The notes beneath the pieces were generated by a model. That model saw nothing but the letters and a program-made list of their open reading frames with translations, was not told the origin of the DNA and did no database searches. Below, piece by piece: positions 61,301-64,000 of a DNA stretch of 64,000 nucleotides (the stretch's first letter is position 1; each line of letters opens with the position of its first letter). Source of the stretch: Lingula anatina (taxonomy: Eukaryota; Animalia; Brachiopoda); contig JBPQGU010000016.1 of assembly GCA_051362555.1 (NCBI GenBank), positions 4,154,001 through 4,218,000 on the forward strand, read 5' to 3'. The translations under genes and the position numbers were made by a program.

Positions 61301-64000
61301 GATTTTGAGTGATTTTGAACAGTGCCGGCACTGTGAGATTTCTTCAATTTTGGCCAGGTAGGGATGAAAATTTTTTTTCTTCATTATAGTGTCAGGTAGG
61401 TGTGTTCGGTCATTTGTAGTAAGAATAAAGTGCTGGAAGAGTGGTGGTGTCAACATTAAGGAAGAAATAGAGCAAAAACTCTCTCTCCCCCCCCCCCCCT
61501 CTCAGATTCTGTTCTCAGAGCTTATTTTTGGATCATCTTTAAAGCTAGAATTGGGGGCCTTGATGAAGTGACCCGGGCGCGTTTACACATTTTTTATGAA
61601 TGACAGGTGTGGTAGATTGATTTTCGTCACTTTTTGGAAAAATCGGAGACGGGTCGATTTTTGGTGATTTTGAGTGATTTTGAACAGTGCCGGCACTGTG
61701 AGATTTCTTCAATTTTGGCCAGGTAGGATGAAAATTTTTTTTCTTCATTATAGTGTCAGGTAGGTGTGTTTGGTCATTTGTAGTAAGAATAAAGTGCTGG
61801 AAGAGTGGTGGTGTCAACATTAAGGAAGAAATAGAGCAAAAACTCTCTCTCCCCCCCCCCCCCCTCTCAGATTCTGTTCTCAGAGCTTATTTTTGGATCA
61901 TCTTTAAAGCTAGAATTGGGGGCCTTGATGAAGTGACCCGGGCGCGTTTACACATTTTTTATGAATGACAGGTGTGGTAGATTGATTTTCGTCACTTTTT
62001 GGAAAAATCGGAGACGGGTCGATTTTTGGTGATTTTGAGTGATTTTGAACAGTGCCGGCACTGTGAGATTTCTTCAATTTTGGCCAGGTAGGGATGAAAA
62101 TTTTTTTTCTTCATTATAGTGTCAGGTAGGTGTGTTCGGTCATTTGTAGTAAGAATAAAGTGCTGGAAGAGTGGTGGTGTCAACATTAAGGAAGAAATAG
62201 AGCAAAAACTCTCTCTTCCCCCCCCCCCTCTCAGATTCTGTTCTCAGAGCTTATTTTTGGATCATCTTTAAAGCTAGAATTGGGGGCCTTGATGAAGTGA
62301 CCCGGGCGCGTTTACACATTTTTTATGAATGACAGGTGTGGTAGATTGATTTTCGTCACTTTTTGGAAAAATCGGAGACGGGTCGATTTTTGGTGATTTT
62401 GAGTGATTTTGAACAGTGCCGGCACTGTGAGATTTCTTCAATTTTGGCCAGGTAGGGATGAAAATTTTTTTTCTTCATTATAGTGTCAGGTAGGTGTGTT
62501 CGGTCATTTGTAGTAAGAATAAAGTGCTGGAAGAGTGGTGGTGTCAACATTAAGGAAGAAATAGAGCAAAAACTCTCTCTCTCCCCCCCCCCCCTCTCAG
62601 ATTCTGTTCTCAGAGCTTATTTTTGGATCATCTTTAAAGCTAGAATTGGGGGCCTTGATGAAGTGACCCGGGCGCGTTTCCACATTTTTTATGAATGACA
62701 GGTGTGGTAGATTGATTTTCGTCACTTTTTGGAAAAATCGGAGACGGGTCGATTTTTGGTGATTTTGAGTGATTTTGAACAGTGCCGGCACTGTGAGATT
62801 TCTTCAATTTTGGCCAGGTAGGGATGAAAATTTTTTTTCTTCATTATAGTGTCAGGTAGGTGTGTTCGGTCATTTGTAGTAAGAATAAAGTGCTGGAAGA
62901 GTGGTGGTGTCAACATTAAGGAAGAAATAGAGCAAAAACTCTCTCTCCCCCCCCCCCTCTCAGATTCTGTTCTCAGAGCTTATTTTTGGATCATCTTTAA
63001 AGCTAGAATTGGGGGCCTTGATGAAGTGACCCGGGCGCGTTTCCACATTTTTTATGAATGACAGGTGTGGTAGATTGATTTTCGTCACTTTTTGGAAAAA
63101 TCGGAGACGGGTCGATTTTTGGTGATTTTGAGTGATTTTGAACAGTGCCGGCACTGTGAGATTTCTTCAATTTTGGCCAGGTAGGGATGAAAATTTTTTT
63201 TCTTCATTATAGTGTCAGGTAGGTGTGTTCGGTCATTTGTAGTAAGAATAAAGTGCTGGAAGAGTGGTGGTGTCAACATTAAGGAAGAAATAGAGCAAAA
63301 ACTCTCTCTCCCCCCCCCCCCCCTCTCAGATTCTGTTCTCAGAGCTTATTTTTGGATCATCTTTAAAGCTAGAATTGGGGGCCTTGATGAAGTGACCCGG
63401 GCGCGTTTACACATTTTTTATGAATGACAGGTGTGGTAGATTGATTTTCGTCACTTTTTGGAAAAATCGGAGACGGGTCGATTTTTGGTGATTTTGAGTG
63501 ATTTTGAACAGTGCCGGCACTGTGAGATTTCTTCAATTTTGGCCAGGTAGGGATGAAAATTTTTTTTCTTCATTATAGTGTCAGGTAGGTGTGTTCGGTC
63601 ATTTGTAGTAAGAATAAAGTGCTGGAAGAGTGGTGGTGTCAACATTAAGGAAGAAATAGAGCAAAAACTCTCTCTCCCCCCCGCCCCTCTCAGATTCTGT
63701 TCTCAGAGCTTATTTTTGGATCATCTTTAAAGCTAGAATTGGGGGCCTTGATGAAGTGACCCGGGCGCGTTTACACATTTTTTATGAATGACAGGTGTGG
63801 TAGATTGATTTTCGTCACTTTTTGGAAAAATCGGAGACGGGTCAATTTTTGGTGATTTTGAGTGATTTTGAACAGTGCCGGCACTGTGAGATTTCTTCAA
63901 TTTTGGCCAGGTAGGGATGAAAATTTTTTTTCTTCATTATAGTGTCAGGTAGGTGTGTTCGGTCATTTGTAGTAAGAATAAAGTGCTGGAAGAGTGGTGG
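58345..64000 (-). repeat. 9-monomer higher-order duplication (3281-bp unit; second copy cut by the window end; boundaries approximate)
   Basis: Private variants recur at +3281: GTGTTTGGT (~58485/61766), CTCTCTTCCC (~58930/62211), CCGCCCC (~60400/63681), GGGTCAATTTTT (~60558/63839), and two TTTCCAC monomers (ORFs 59316/62597 and 59679/62960). Confidence 0.9.

Larger units (their letters stand above)
23819..64000 (-). repeat. Tandem satellite, subfamily B, about 110 copies right of the transposon (continues off the right edge)
   Basis: Same monomer and orientation as 3310-21259, resuming in register after the TSD. Confidence 0.98.

Noticed and set aside
3489-63645. Hundreds of 60-106 aa ORFs on both strands of subfamily B
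   Set aside because: They are copies of the same satellite frames, overlap on both strands, are made and broken by homopolymer indels, and have no recognisable domain.
1-64000. CRISPR array or other repeat-spacer system
   Set aside because: Whole monomers repeat with no unique spacers, there are no cas genes, and the context is eukaryotic.

Overview
This window is eukaryotic, probably animal, satellite DNA with no credible intact protein gene. About 96% of it is a tandem array of a ~362-365 bp monomer, which is dinucleosome-sized and may be centromeric or pericentromeric (inference). Two subfamilies, roughly 88% identical by manual alignment, meet in opposite orientations at a sharp junction at 3308-3309. 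Variant A (1-3309, about 9 near-identical 362-bp copies) is on the + strand. Variant B (3310-64000, about 160 copies) is on the - strand. The junction falls at the edge of a 16-bp palindrome found only in B. The B array is interrupted once by a 2559-bp DNA transposon (21260-23818) with perfect 11-bp TIRs (AAGGTCGCGCG) and a 2-bp AT target-site duplication. The element carries a decayed, intron-containing minus-strand gene missed by the ORF track. Its motifs resemble the SAP-like/SWIM/YqaJ accessory ORF of ISL2EU (PHIS superfamily) elements, so it is most likely a non-autonomous ISL2EU derivative. The B array shows local 2-, 3-, 4-, 6/8- and 9-mer duplications, regional variant domains, poly-C length drift and CpG-decay variants. 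The hundreds of short ORFs in the track are by-products of the repeat.
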